A stretch of DNA of 64,000 nucleotides from an uncultured Acidobacteriota bacterium (lineage in GTDB: Bacteria; Acidobacteriota; Thermoanaerobaculia; Gp7-AA8). Both the position numbers and the translations under genes were made by a program. The notes under the pieces were generated by a model. It was not told where the DNA came from. It saw nothing but the letters and a program-made list of their open reading frames with translations, and made no database searches. The stretch is taken from positions 2,144,001 through 2,208,000 of the forward strand of contig CAWGHO010000002.1 in assembly GCA_963822445.1 (NCBI GenBank). The letters run 5' to 3'. This document shows, piece after piece, positions 1 to 9,014 of this stretch. The first letter of the stretch is position 1, and every line of letters starts with the position of its first letter.

Positions 1-357
1 GGTAACCGATTTCGCGTTCGTACTGAAGATCATCAGGAACGCACCGTTCGTCTCCGGCGCCAACGGAACAATCTTCTCGGTCGTGCCGGGCGCAGTCTGG
101 TCGCCTAGGAAGATCTTCCTCACATCTCCGTCGCTTGTCGGTTTCAGTTCGTTAAAGAAAAGATCGACGGCGCGCTCATCGTAGTAGCCGGAGACGTAAC
201 GCGAGCGTGTGAACGTGCTCGACCCGGTGATCGAGACCCGAAAGTAGTTGACAGGCTTCCCGCTGAGAGTGTCGAGGGATCGAAAGTAGTGCGTTTCTTT
301 GAAGGTTGAGCACCCCGCGAAGAGAAGGGCGACTATACCGGCGACGGTTATTCGCAT
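1..357 (-). CDS. Putative lipoprotein, 3' end outside the window (inverted cassette ORF)
   Basis: Not in the ORF track. AAGGAGG RBS, then MRITVAGIVALLFAGC (lipobox); frame open to position 1. Confidence 0.75.
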   Translation of the reverse strand, partial: MRITVAGIVALLFAGCSTFKETHYFRSLDTLSGKPVNYFRVSITGSSTFTRSRYVSGYYDERAVDLFFNELKPTSDGDVRKIFLGDQTAPGTTEKIVPLAPETNGAFLMIFSTNAKSVT

Positions 358-504
358 GACGGCCTCCTTGTCGGACCATCTATGGAGAGCCGCGAGGGCG
401 GGTTTTCCCTACCCACTCTCGAGAAAATCGCCGTTCTCGATCACGCGATAACGTCCCTATGGCACGGTCACCTACCGATGCGGTCCTCATGTTCCACCCG
501 GGCT

Positions 505-701
505 GGCTAACTACTGCCAGGAGCTGCCGCGGCCCGGCTTCGGTCCGCCGGCCGAGCCGGCTGCTGTTTCGCCAGCGTGACGGCGTCACGGCGGTTGCAG
601 GTCGGCAGGCGTTGCATGCAACTTCTCGCCGGCAACCGCCGCGCCGCTCCAGCTTCGGCACGTGGGCCCTGGCCGCGCAGCTCAGGCGATAGACGTTCGG
701 C
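505..701 (+). repeat. attC site 1
   Basis: GGCTAAC...GTTCGGC, L boxes GAGCTG/CAGCTC. Confidence 0.9.
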
Positions 702-842
702 GGACTGGCTTTTCAGTTTATCCCCAGCGCGAAGCGATGGGGATCTACGGTCACACTCGGGAGACCGTAAGCCAAAGTCGCTGAACGAGAGCCGAGCGAT
801 TAGCGAGCAAACCATCAAGCCGTTCTACTCATCGTGCAGAAA

Positions 843-870
843 TTGAGGGTGACCTTACTACCGCTATAAA
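843..870 (+). promoter_or_regulatory. Possible sigma70 promoter in a gene-less cassette
   Basis: TTGAGG-16 nt-TATAAA just upstream of a long hairpin. Confidence 0.4.
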
Positions 871-884
871 CATCCTCTCCTGGT

Positions 885-991
885 TGTAGCGTTTGTTCCG
901 GTTTGGGCTGGCGTTAGAGCAGGCTTACGAGAAGCACGAGTGCTTCTCGTAAGCCTGCCTAACGCCAGCCGCGATCGAACGAATCGCAACA
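885..991 (+). other. Long hairpin in a gene-less cassette (candidate ncRNA)
   Basis: 906-970 forms a 31-bp stem with one bulged A and a 2-nt loop; it extends to 885-991 with G-U pairs on the + strand. Confidence 0.65.
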
Positions 992-1191
992 TCCCGCCCG
1001 GCTGGCTTCTCTCAGCTGCGACGCAAACGACTGTTAAACGCCCTCAGCCAGACCGGCCGGCGTCGCCAGGTGCATGCGGATGTGGACCTCAGCACCAATC
1101 GCGCCGCTGCAACGGTGTCCAGCCGTCACGTGACGTGGAGGCGAAACGTTGAACCGACACTCCATAGGAATGGTCAACGCAAGAAATCGCC

Positions 1192-1391
1192 GCCGAACTA
1201 CTGCCAGGAGCTGTCGGCGGGCCGTTCGCCGCGCCCGGCGCTGAAGCGCCTCGTGAAGCGCGAGATGGGCCGGCGGCACGCCGGCCGACATGCTCTCGCG
1301 CCGCTGATCGCGGCGCGAACACTGCAGCCGTCGCGCCGCGCACCCGCTCGCACGTGGGGCCTCGCCGCAGCTCAGGCGATAGACGTTAGGC
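1192..1391 (+). repeat. attC site 2
   Basis: GCCGAAC...GTTAGGC. Confidence 0.9.
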
Positions 1392-1405
1392 GGACAGGGA
1401 TTACG

Positions 1406-2176
1406 TCACTTATATCCGGCGAGGTGCAGCAAATCATCAACCGTTACGCGCAATCCAGAACGAAGCTGGTCGATGTCCTGTTTCGTCGCTTCGTAACGAC
1501 GGTTGTGAGCGGCTCGATCGCCAAGTTTCTTAATTTCGGGAAGCTCTCGCTTGGTCTCGCGCTGTAATTGCCAATGGGTCTGCTTGAGAACTGCTGTGAT
1601 CAATCCTGACAGCATCAAGTAGTCACCGTCTTTCTTGATCTCAGCTTCCTTGCCATGTTTCTCGTACACATCAATGATAAGGTTCTCGATCAACTTCCGA
1701 ATCATCACCGATGACGCGTCAAACCACCTACGTTCGTAGCAGCCGTTTGCTTGCATCAGCGACCGTTGAAGATACGTGGGTGCCTTTGCAAGCACGGCAG
1801 CCAGCAATACCATTTCGGACGAAGGCTGCTGCGGAGCCGTTAGGTTCTGAATATTAGGCAGGATCTCAGTCTCGCAAATCAGACGTACCTGCTTGTTAGC
1901 ATCAATGCGTGCCCGCTCGGAGGTGGTCGTAGATTTCAGTGTCGTTAGGTGCTGCCGTAGCGGTGTAACATCGAATCCGTCGATCGTGGTGATTAGCGGT
2001 ATGACGAGCTTCTCGACCGTCGTGAGCTTAACAACCGCATCGTGAAACTTCTCTCCGTAAGCACCAGTGCCCGTCAGCGATTTTCGGTTCCGCAGCGCCG
2101 TCTGCGCAATCTGCGCCAGGGCATTGCTGCCAGTCACGATCGCGGTAACCAGCTGTGTCGCGCGCGCTTCGTCCAT
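1406..2176 (-). CDS. DUF4145/HEPN-like domain protein
   Basis: 256 aa; C-terminal 'ANGCYE..WFDASSVMIRKLIENL...LGDRAAH' resembles DUF4145. Confidence 0.65.
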   Translation of the reverse strand: MDEARATQLVTAIVTGSNALAQIAQTALRNRKSLTGTGAYGEKFHDAVVKLTTVEKLVIPLITTIDGFDVTPLRQHLTTLKSTTTSERARIDANKQVRLICETEILPNIQNLTAPQQPSSEMVLLAAVLAKAPTYLQRSLMQANGCYERRWFDASSVMIRKLIENLIIDVYEKHGKEAEIKKDGDYLMLSGLITAVLKQTHWQLQRETKRELPEIKKLGDRAAHNRRYEATKQDIDQLRSGLRVTVDDLLHLAGYK

Positions 2177-2179
2177 GGG

Positions 2180-2734
2180 TCAAGCTGAGAAATACAGCCA
2201 CTGATCGTCGCCGCCACGCTCACGCCGAAGGATCTCTTGTTTGGTCAACGCAATCAGAATCGGGCTAAGCTCATTGCTTTTGAACGTGTGACCCTTCCGG
2301 CTCAGCGCCTCCCGGATGTCGCCAATCGTGCGTCGCTCGGAAAAGAAACCTTCGCTTTTCAAACGGGTGAGTAGCTCCGTCTGGGCACCCCCAGAACGTC
2401 GCGGTCGTCGCGATAGCGGTGAACTGTCCGCGTTGCCGGCGGCGCTTTCGCCCTCCGTACCATTGCCCGATACGACATCGGCTTCCAGAATCGATGGATC
2501 GATGCCCTCCACCTTCCTGGTGCGGCGACGCCGACGTCGGCCTGGTGCGACCTCTATCGATGGCGATACGGTCGCTTGCGGGCTCGACGAAATTAATCTG
2601 TTCTGTGCCGACGCCAGCGAGTTTATCGCACCCGTAATTTGGCTGTGCATCCGCTCTGCGGTCTGAATGTCACCTTCGAACTTGACAGTCAGTTCCTTCA
2701 ATGAGATTTCAAACTTGACGCTACGACTGGCCAT
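2180..2734 (-). CDS. Hypothetical protein with predicted C-terminal winged helix
   Basis: Likely start MASRSVKFEIS (GATAAT 7 nt upstream); C-terminal 'EGFFSERRTIGDIREAL...LIALTKQEILRR'; 3 nt from the next gene. Confidence 0.7.
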   Translation of the reverse strand: MASRSVKFEISLKELTVKFEGDIQTAERMHSQITGAINSLASAQNRLISSSPQATVSPSIEVAPGRRRRRRTRKVEGIDPSILEADVVSGNGTEGESAAGNADSSPLSRRPRRSGGAQTELLTRLKSEGFFSERRTIGDIREALSRKGHTFKSNELSPILIALTKQEILRRERGGDDQWLYFSA

Positions 2735-2897
2735 ATCAACAATTATCGCGCACCGCCGATGTGGGCGATGGCGCTCCTCCTTCGATTGCCTAACAACCGA
2801 ACGCCACCGGATATTCGCGAGAGCTGCGAATCTACCGTTTGTAGATTTGCCATCACAGACGCGAGTCATGGTTTCGCGTTTTTGCGTAGAACAAGCC

Positions 2898-3094
2898 GCC
2901 TAACTCCTGCCAGCACCTGTCAGCGGCCCGTTTGCCGCTCCCGGGGCTGAAGCCCCTCTTGCATGCCGAGATGCGCGACGTCATCCCGCTTGCAGATCCC
3001 ATCGCGTTCTTTGAACTTAATCGCGGCAAGCGGGCTGCCGTCTGCGCCGCCCGCGCGTGGGGGCTCGCTGCAGGTGAGGCGACCAACGTTAGCC
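2898..3094 (+). repeat. attC site 3
   Basis: GCCTAAC...GTTAGCC, L boxes CACCTG/CAGGTG. Confidence 0.9.
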
Positions 3095-3283
3095 GGATGT
3101 GGCTCACGTTCACCGGATGCAAGCTTCCTATGAATCTATGACGCTCCCTAGTGTCACCGGACGCCGTGTGTCACGCCGGTCGTCCCGGGTGCTCGTGGTC
3201 CGGCGCTCGTGGGAGCAGAGTCTCATTGGTGTCTTCCGCGTCCGAAGTGCGTGGCGCGACCGGAACGAGTTATGCTAGCCATG

Positions 3284-3499
3284 ATGGACCCGAAGCAGAT
3301 CGTGCATTCTGACCCAGAGATCGTGAGCGGCACGCCGGTCTTCGTCGGAACGCGGGTTCCGGCGCAAGCGTTGCTGGACTATCTCGAGGGGGGCGAGACG
3401 ATCGATGAGTTTCTCGACGACTTTCCCAGCGTCTCTCGCGAGCAGGCTGTGGCATTTCTGGAGGAGGCAGGGCGAGCGTTGTTGGCCCACATCGCGTGA
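3284..3499 (+). CDS. DUF433 family antitoxin
   Basis: 'DPEIVSGTPVFVGTRVP..LLDYL..GETIDEFLDDFPSV'; overlaps the downstream toxin. Confidence 0.9.
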   Translation: MDPKQIVHSDPEIVSGTPVFVGTRVPAQALLDYLEGGETIDEFLDDFPSVSREQAVAFLEEAGRALLAHIA

Positions 3500-3822
3500 G
3501 GCGTGTTCTGCTCGATGAGAACCTGCCGCGAAAGCTACGCCGCGACCTGAATGAGTTCTCAGTTCGCACTGTCCAGGAAGAGAATTGGACGAGTTTCACG
3601 AACGGCGAACTGCTCGTTCGTGCACAAGATCGGTTCGACGTCCTGTTGACTGCGGATCGCCGCCTTCAGTTTCAGCAGAATCTTGCGCGCTTCAATATCG
3701 GTGTTGTCGTCATTCTCACGGTGAGTCTCCAATATCGACACATTCAGCAATCAATTGAAGCGATTCGTGCGGCGCTCGCGGCTGCCAAGCCGGGCGAACT
3801 GCTCCACGTGCAAGTTCCATAG
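3496..3822 (+). CDS. DUF5615 PIN-like toxin
   Basis: 'VLLDENLP...FDVLLTAD'; GTGA overlap with DUF433. Confidence 0.88.
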   Translation: MRRVLLDENLPRKLRRDLNEFSVRTVQEENWTSFTNGELLVRAQDRFDVLLTADRRLQFQQNLARFNIGVVVILTVSLQYRHIQQSIEAIRAALAAAKPGELLHVQVP

Positions 3823-3877
3823 GCCGCCAACGATAACCAGCACGTGGAACTCGACGAAGAGGGTAGTGGCCTGCACC

Positions 3878-4076
3878 GGCTAACTACTGCCAGGAGCTGT
3901 CGGCGGGCCGTTTGCCGCGCCCGGCGCTGAAGCGCCTCGTTCGGCGTTGAATGGCCGGCGGCACGCCGGCCGACATGCTCTCGCGCCGCTGACCGCGGCG
4001 CGAACACTGCAGCCGTCGCGCCGCGCACCCGCTCGCACGCGGGGCCTCGCCGCAGCTCAGGCGATAGACGTTAGGC
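3878..4076 (+). repeat. attC site 4
   Basis: GGCTAAC...GTTAGGC. Confidence 0.9.
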
Positions 4077-4142
4077 GGACGAAGGAATCGTACGTCGCGC
4101 CGCAACAGATCCGGTTCAACTCGAACCAGACGCCGCGATGCG

Positions 4143-4760
4143 ATGCCTATCTGCCGGCAACGTATGATCTTGCCAGTGGACAACGAACATTCGACAACTG
4201 CAGAATTGAACCAGGACCGGGTTAGTCGGCAAGTGCTAAGATTGATTGTGTTCAAACGAACGGATTTCGTCTGCGGATTCGTCACGGTGATAACCTTGGC
4301 CGGAGCCACGCTGTCGTCATGCCAACCGGCGCGACGAGACATTGGCACAAGTCGTAAGTCGTTCAACGTTTACGATGATGGTGCGACCGTAGTAGCTGAG
4401 GGTTCATGGCATCGGTTGACCGGCCAGCGATCGGTGCTAATTCCAAAAGTGAATACCGTACGGGTTGAGTGTTGGCGTCAGATTGGTTACTGCGAAGAGT
4501 ACATTGCAAAGCTGATCACGCCTGAGGACTCACCAGATGTTGAGATCGAGGGTACAGTACTGTTCCTGATGAAAGAGCAGTACCCGATAGTTGAATGGAC
4601 AGACACTACGATCGTGGCTCGTGCTGGGCCGCGTGCGGCAGACATCGAACTCCGGCTCTCGCTCGTCGACAAGAGCCTTGAGAGAACCTCGCGAGAGACT
4701 GGAGCACGCGGTGCCGAAGGCGCAAACCCTACGGCGGTGGAGCACTGGATCCTTAAGTGA
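4143..4760 (+). CDS. Hypothetical exported/lipoprotein (true start probably downstream)
   Basis: Longest ORF in the cassette; hydrophobic stretch ending 'ATLSSC'. Confidence 0.6.
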   Translation: MPICRQRMILPVDNEHSTTAELNQDRVSRQVLRLIVFKRTDFVCGFVTVITLAGATLSSCQPARRDIGTSRKSFNVYDDGATVVAEGSWHRLTGQRSVLIPKVNTVRVECWRQIGYCEEYIAKLITPEDSPDVEIEGTVLFLMKEQYPIVEWTDTTIVARAGPRAADIELRLSLVDKSLERTSRETGARGAEGANPTAVEHWILK

Positions 4761-4888
4761 GCGACGCCTAGACCCACGCCTCGTTTTTCGCGTTGGAGAT
4801 CTTGCGGCAGCTAGCGCTTGGGCAACGACGCAAGTCGGCGACGGCGTCTGGTGCCGGCCCCGAACATGAGTCTTTAGCTATTGCCGCC

Positions 4889-5076
4889 GCCTAACTACTG
4901 CCAGAAGCTGGCGGCGGGCCGTTTTCCGCGCTCGGCGGCCGAGCCGCCTACCGGGTCCCGAGATGCGCGGCGTCACGCCGCTTGCAACCGCGTAAACGTC
5001 AAATGCGGCAAGCGGCGTGCCGCTCCTCCCGCTCGCACGTGGGGCCTCGCCGCAGCTTAGGCGATAGACGTTAGCC
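4889..5076 (+). repeat. attC site 5
   Basis: GCCTAAC...GTTAGCC. Confidence 0.9.
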
Positions 5077-5260
5077 GGACCGAAGCGATGCGTGGTTGAA
5101 GCGAACAATAGACCGGCGTATTCGTGCGATGCTGCAGTGCACGCTGGCCTGCTCCGGTTCGACCGCAGTGTTATCTTCGTTACGACCGACCGTGAGCAAA
5201 CATCCAGTCGCGAACGAGCAGGAGATTTCTTTGCCGACATGGCACCTCAGGAAGTGGCAT

Positions 5261-5923
5261 GTGCCGTCGTGGTGGATCACCGGTTTGGTGCTTCTCCTGT
5301 GTGTCGCGCAGCCGTTGCAAGCGTGCTCTTGCGGTGACCGCCCAAAGGCCGCGAAGGTCTTGTCATCTCACGCTGTATTTGACGGGACGGTCGTGTCCTC
5401 TCGACCCTTCATCGATCGATCAGACGACTACTGGTACGTGCTCGAGGAATGGACGTTTCAGGTGCATAGGAGTTGGACACAAGGAGTCCAAGGCGATGTC
5501 GCTATTCGTGCCTATCCGCATAACTGTGGCGTCTGGTTTGAGAACGGTGAGCGCGCAATTGTTGTCGCTGTCAATCGCGAAAGGCGCACACTCGGTGCGT
5601 TCAAGTGTGCCTATCCTCGCGAGAATGTTGACGTGTTGAACGCGGACCGTCTGTAGGGGCCGGCTTCGTTCCGCACCGACGGCCCGGTACGGAAAAGGAG
5701 AATCGCGCGTATCGTTAATGTGGCTCGGCGCTTGGTTCTTCACCTCATCGCGGATATCCACAACTGGATCGTTCGCTCCGGTCTTCGTGGCCGCGGCTAC
5801 GGCACTGTCATTGCTTGGGCGATAGCGACATGCGTGCTCTTCGCTATCTTGGTCGTCATTCTATCGTTTCGGCGACTGCGAGGTCGCGACAAGAATGAGC
5901 CGCCTTCCATGGCAGCCGGCTAA
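5261..5923 (+). pseudogene. TIMP/NTR-like secreted membrane-anchored protein interrupted by an in-frame TAG (5654-5656)
   Basis: Signal peptide, then 'ACSC...AVFDGTVV...CGVWF'; the same frame continues after the TAG to a C-terminal TM helix and stops in R''. Confidence 0.6.
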
Positions 5924-6117
5924 CTACTGCCAGGAGCTGTCGGCGGGCCGTTCGCCGCGCCCGGCGCTGAAGCGCCTCGTTCAGCGTGGACTGGCCGGCG
6001 GCACGCCGGCCGACATGCTCTCGCGCCGCTCGTCGCGGCGCGAACACTGCAGCCGTCGCGCCGCGTGACCCGCTCGCATGCGGGGCCTCGCCGCAGCTCA
6101 GGCGATAGACGTTAGGC
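5918..6117 (+). repeat. attC site 6
   Basis: GGCTAAC...GTTAGGC. Confidence 0.9.
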
Positions 6118-6189
6118 CGTCCTGTCCACAACGCTACGCGTCCTTCGGGCTTTCGGATGATCTCTATCATTGACGCGATCTGCGCGTAT

Positions 6190-6520
6190 CCCCCTCGCAG
6201 TTGACGACATCGCAAGCTTGCGGGCCGCGAGCAGCAAGACGCGCCTCCCGCATGCCCAGGTGTGCAGGCGGTCCTTCACACCCGCCCGCCACGCGCGGTA
6301 GACCGCCTGCACACCTGGGCATCACAACCGCCCGGCGCACGCTCGTCGCGGCCCTGATTTCACGCGCCGCCCACCCTCGCGCGTCGAACTCACGAATGCG
6401 TCCGTGTCACGGCGGTTGCACGTCGCTCCCGCCGATCGGTCGTTAGTCGCGGCAACCGCCGCGCCACGGTGGGGAGCGTGAATTCGACGCACTTCCACCC
6501 CGGTTGCGCTGCTCCCACCC
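6190..6520. repeat. Structured cassette-leader element, copy 1
   Basis: Conserved in 7 cassettes; perfect 22-bp stem 6252-6273/6301-6322 around a conserved loop. Confidence 0.85.
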
Positions 6521-6611
6521 CGCTCAATCGTTAGCCCGACCAAGAAGAATATGCGAGACGTGTCCCTCCAACCCATAGCACGGGCACCGAAGAGATGCGG
6601 AGGAAAAAGCA

Positions 6612-6896
6612 ATGCCATACACAGCAAAGCAACTTGCGAAGGAAGTGGCAAGCGATCCAGCGCTTGCTGCGAGGATCCAGCAGAACCCGGCGCAGGAAAT
6701 CGCAAATGCGGCAACGCCGCCGCCGCTGAGCGAAGCGACATACAAGATCGTCGTCATCATCCTTGGGCTGGCACTGCTCATCGCGCTTGGCGCTGCCATC
6801 TACCTGAAAGGCGATGTGTCCGATTTCATCGTCGCGGTAGGCTCCGGCGCACTGGGAGCACTCGCCGGCCTTCTGGCTCCGTCGCCAACACAGTAG
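6612..6896 (+). CDS. Small two-TM membrane protein
   Basis: GGAGG RBS; two hydrophobic helices. Confidence 0.75.
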   Translation: MPYTAKQLAKEVASDPALAARIQQNPAQEIANAATPPPLSEATYKIVVIILGLALLIALGAAIYLKGDVSDFIVAVGSGALGALAGLLAPSPTQ

Positions 6897-6968
6897 GGCG
6901 GTACCAGCGCTCCAGACGCGTCGTCGGGGTCGTTGATCTACTCCGGTGGCGTGCTACCGTGCGTAAGT

Positions 6969-7277
6969 GTGAGTCGCAAGAGCCTCAGTCTGCTCGCTCT
7001 CCTTCTTCTTACCACCTGCGCTACAACGCCCGATTTGAAGAGTCGCATGGACGCGCTGATCGGGAGAAACATTTCAGACGTCATAGCGGAACGCAAGGTG
7101 TACCCCGACTCGTCAGACGTGCTGCCGAATGGCAACACCGTTTACCGGTTCGCGTCCGGCTCCGGGGGAACGGTTGATCGGTACGGCAACGTCACATCAA
7201 ACGTTTGTAGGGTCTGGTTAGAGTCGAGGCCCGACGGAATTATCGTGAGGTACCGGTACGAGAATTGCCGAGATTAA
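6969..7277 (+). CDS. Putative lipoprotein
   Basis: 'SRKSLSLLALLLLTTC' signal with Cys; TGcTACCGT upstream. Confidence 0.65.
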   Translation: MSRKSLSLLALLLLTTCATTPDLKSRMDALIGRNISDVIAERKVYPDSSDVLPNGNTVYRFASGSGGTVDRYGNVTSNVCRVWLESRPDGIIVRYRYENCRD

Positions 7278-7315
7278 ACCGCAAACCGTCGTTTCATAGC
7301 TGTTTTTGCATCGCG

Positions 7316-7514
7316 GCCTAACTACTGCCAGAAGCTGGCACGGCCCGGCTTCGGTCCGGCGGCCGAGCCGCCTCGGCCGAACAGTACCGTCGCGGGCGTC
7401 ACGCTAGCTGCAGGTCGCTCCCGCCGAGTGAATCGTTAGTCGCGGCAGCTAGCGTGCCGCGACGGCTTCGGTACGTGGGCCTTGGCCGTGCAGCTTAGGC
7501 GATAGACGTTAGCC
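7316..7514 (+). repeat. attC site 7
   Basis: GCCTAAC...GTTAGCC. Confidence 0.9.
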
Positions 7515-7534
7515 GGACCGAATATCATCATCGA

Positions 7535-8665
7535 ATGGAACGTCACATTCTCCACCGCCTTCTGTTAGCCAAGTTCTTCATTCAAGACGCCCAGCGCGCG
7601 GCGAAAACGAGCAGCAACGACTTGGCTCTTTCTCGCGTTGTAGTGCATCTTCACGACGCAATCGATAACCTGCTCGGTGCCGTGGCGACGCAACGGCAAG
7701 TTCGTGTCGGCGCGCGCGACGCGATGATGGATGTATTCGCGAAGCTCACGACGGCAGGTCATCTCTCCGTTGGCCGCACAGAACTGGAACAGCTAAATGC
7801 CATGCGAAATGCGATCAAGCACCATGGCGTGCCTCAGAATGCCGCAGCGGTGATCGCCCTACTGCCTGCTCTTAACGACTTCAGCAGTAAGCTGTCAGTA
7901 GAAACGTTTGGTGTTTCCCTCGAAGCCGTCAGTTTGGCCGACCTGATCGAAGACGAGACCACACGAGATGAACTTGGGGCCATTCAAGGCCTGATCAGCA
8001 CTGGCGATTTCAAAACAGCTCTCGATAAGCTTGGCCTCTTACGCTTTCAGCGTCTTCAGGCCCACAGCCTACGGATGATCGCCGTCCTAAAGAAGCACAT
8101 GCAAAAGCTCGAGCTTCGTGATCAGGTGCTGGTCTTTCCCAAAGAAGATCGCGCTGAGACCAAGCTCGAATGCCTGGAATTGGGTATAAACCCAGACGAA
8201 CTTACTCGCTTTGAATGGCTCACGCCCAAGTACGGCTATCGGGATATGGAGACCGAGACGCTCATAGCAAAGCGTGAGGGTCTCTTCTGGCATCACCGTA
8301 ACTGGACCTTTGAGAACGCTATGTTTTGCTTCAACTTTCTTGTGAGCTATTTTGCCGCGAAGCAGAGAACACCGTACACGTCTTCGGTGTATCGGCGCGA
8401 CTTCAAACTGAACGAGATCGCATTCATCCGGCCATCGAATCTCGTGAGCCATGACGGAACGGTCCGCCGCGCGTATCTGGCAGGTGAGTGTGTCAATTGC
8501 TGGTCGATGGACCTTGTGGATGGGGAGTGGCAAAACCACGACGAGGCAACCGCGCGCGTGCGCATCTACGAAGTTGACGGCTCGACGATTGACGGACATG
8601 TTGTGAAAGCCGACGTTACCGTCGGGCCTGACTTCGAGGAGATGTTCGATCAACCCGCCGGCTAA
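7535..8665 (+). CDS. HEPN-like domain protein
   Basis: 376 aa; N-terminal 'HLHDAIDNLL' and 'RNAIKH' (RX4H); stop codon in R''. Confidence 0.7.
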   Translation: MERHILHRLLLAKFFIQDAQRAAKTSSNDLALSRVVVHLHDAIDNLLGAVATQRQVRVGARDAMMDVFAKLTTAGHLSVGRTELEQLNAMRNAIKHHGVPQNAAAVIALLPALNDFSSKLSVETFGVSLEAVSLADLIEDETTRDELGAIQGLISTGDFKTALDKLGLLRFQRLQAHSLRMIAVLKKHMQKLELRDQVLVFPKEDRAETKLECLELGINPDELTRFEWLTPKYGYRDMETETLIAKREGLFWHHRNWTFENAMFCFNFLVSYFAAKQRTPYTSSVYRRDFKLNEIAFIRPSNLVSHDGTVRRAYLAGECVNCWSMDLVDGEWQNHDEATARVRIYEVDGSTIDGHVVKADVTVGPDFEEMFDQPAG

Positions 8666-8858
8666 CTACTGCCAGCACCTGTCGGCGGGCCGTTCGTCGC
8701 GCCCGGCGGCCGAGCCGCCTACACCGCTCCGAGACGCACGGCGTCACGCCGCTTGCAGATCGCGCCCGCCGATTGAATCGTTAGTTGCGGCAAGCGGCGC
8801 GCCGCTTTCGCCGCTCGCACGCGGGGCCTCGCCGCAGGTGAGGCGATAGACGTTAGCC
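8660..8858 (+). repeat. attC site 8
   Basis: GGCTAAC...GTTAGCC. Confidence 0.9.
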
Positions 8859-9014
8859 CGACCTGAAGGGAGGACCTCGGTTTGGCTTGTCTCAATCATC
8901 GACCGGCATACTCGAGTCGCGTCGATGACTCTTGCGGCGCGGACACGCGAAGTGCATGCTACATACCTTTCACGCTCTGTCTGCCCGTCCGAACGAAGTG
9001 AAGGAGGAGGACCG

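Noticed and set aside
6190-6520. Leader element as a group IIC-attC intron, retron or MITE
   Set aside because: No reverse transcriptase ORF, no recognisable intron termini or domain V, no terminal IRs with TSD, and it does not interrupt attC.
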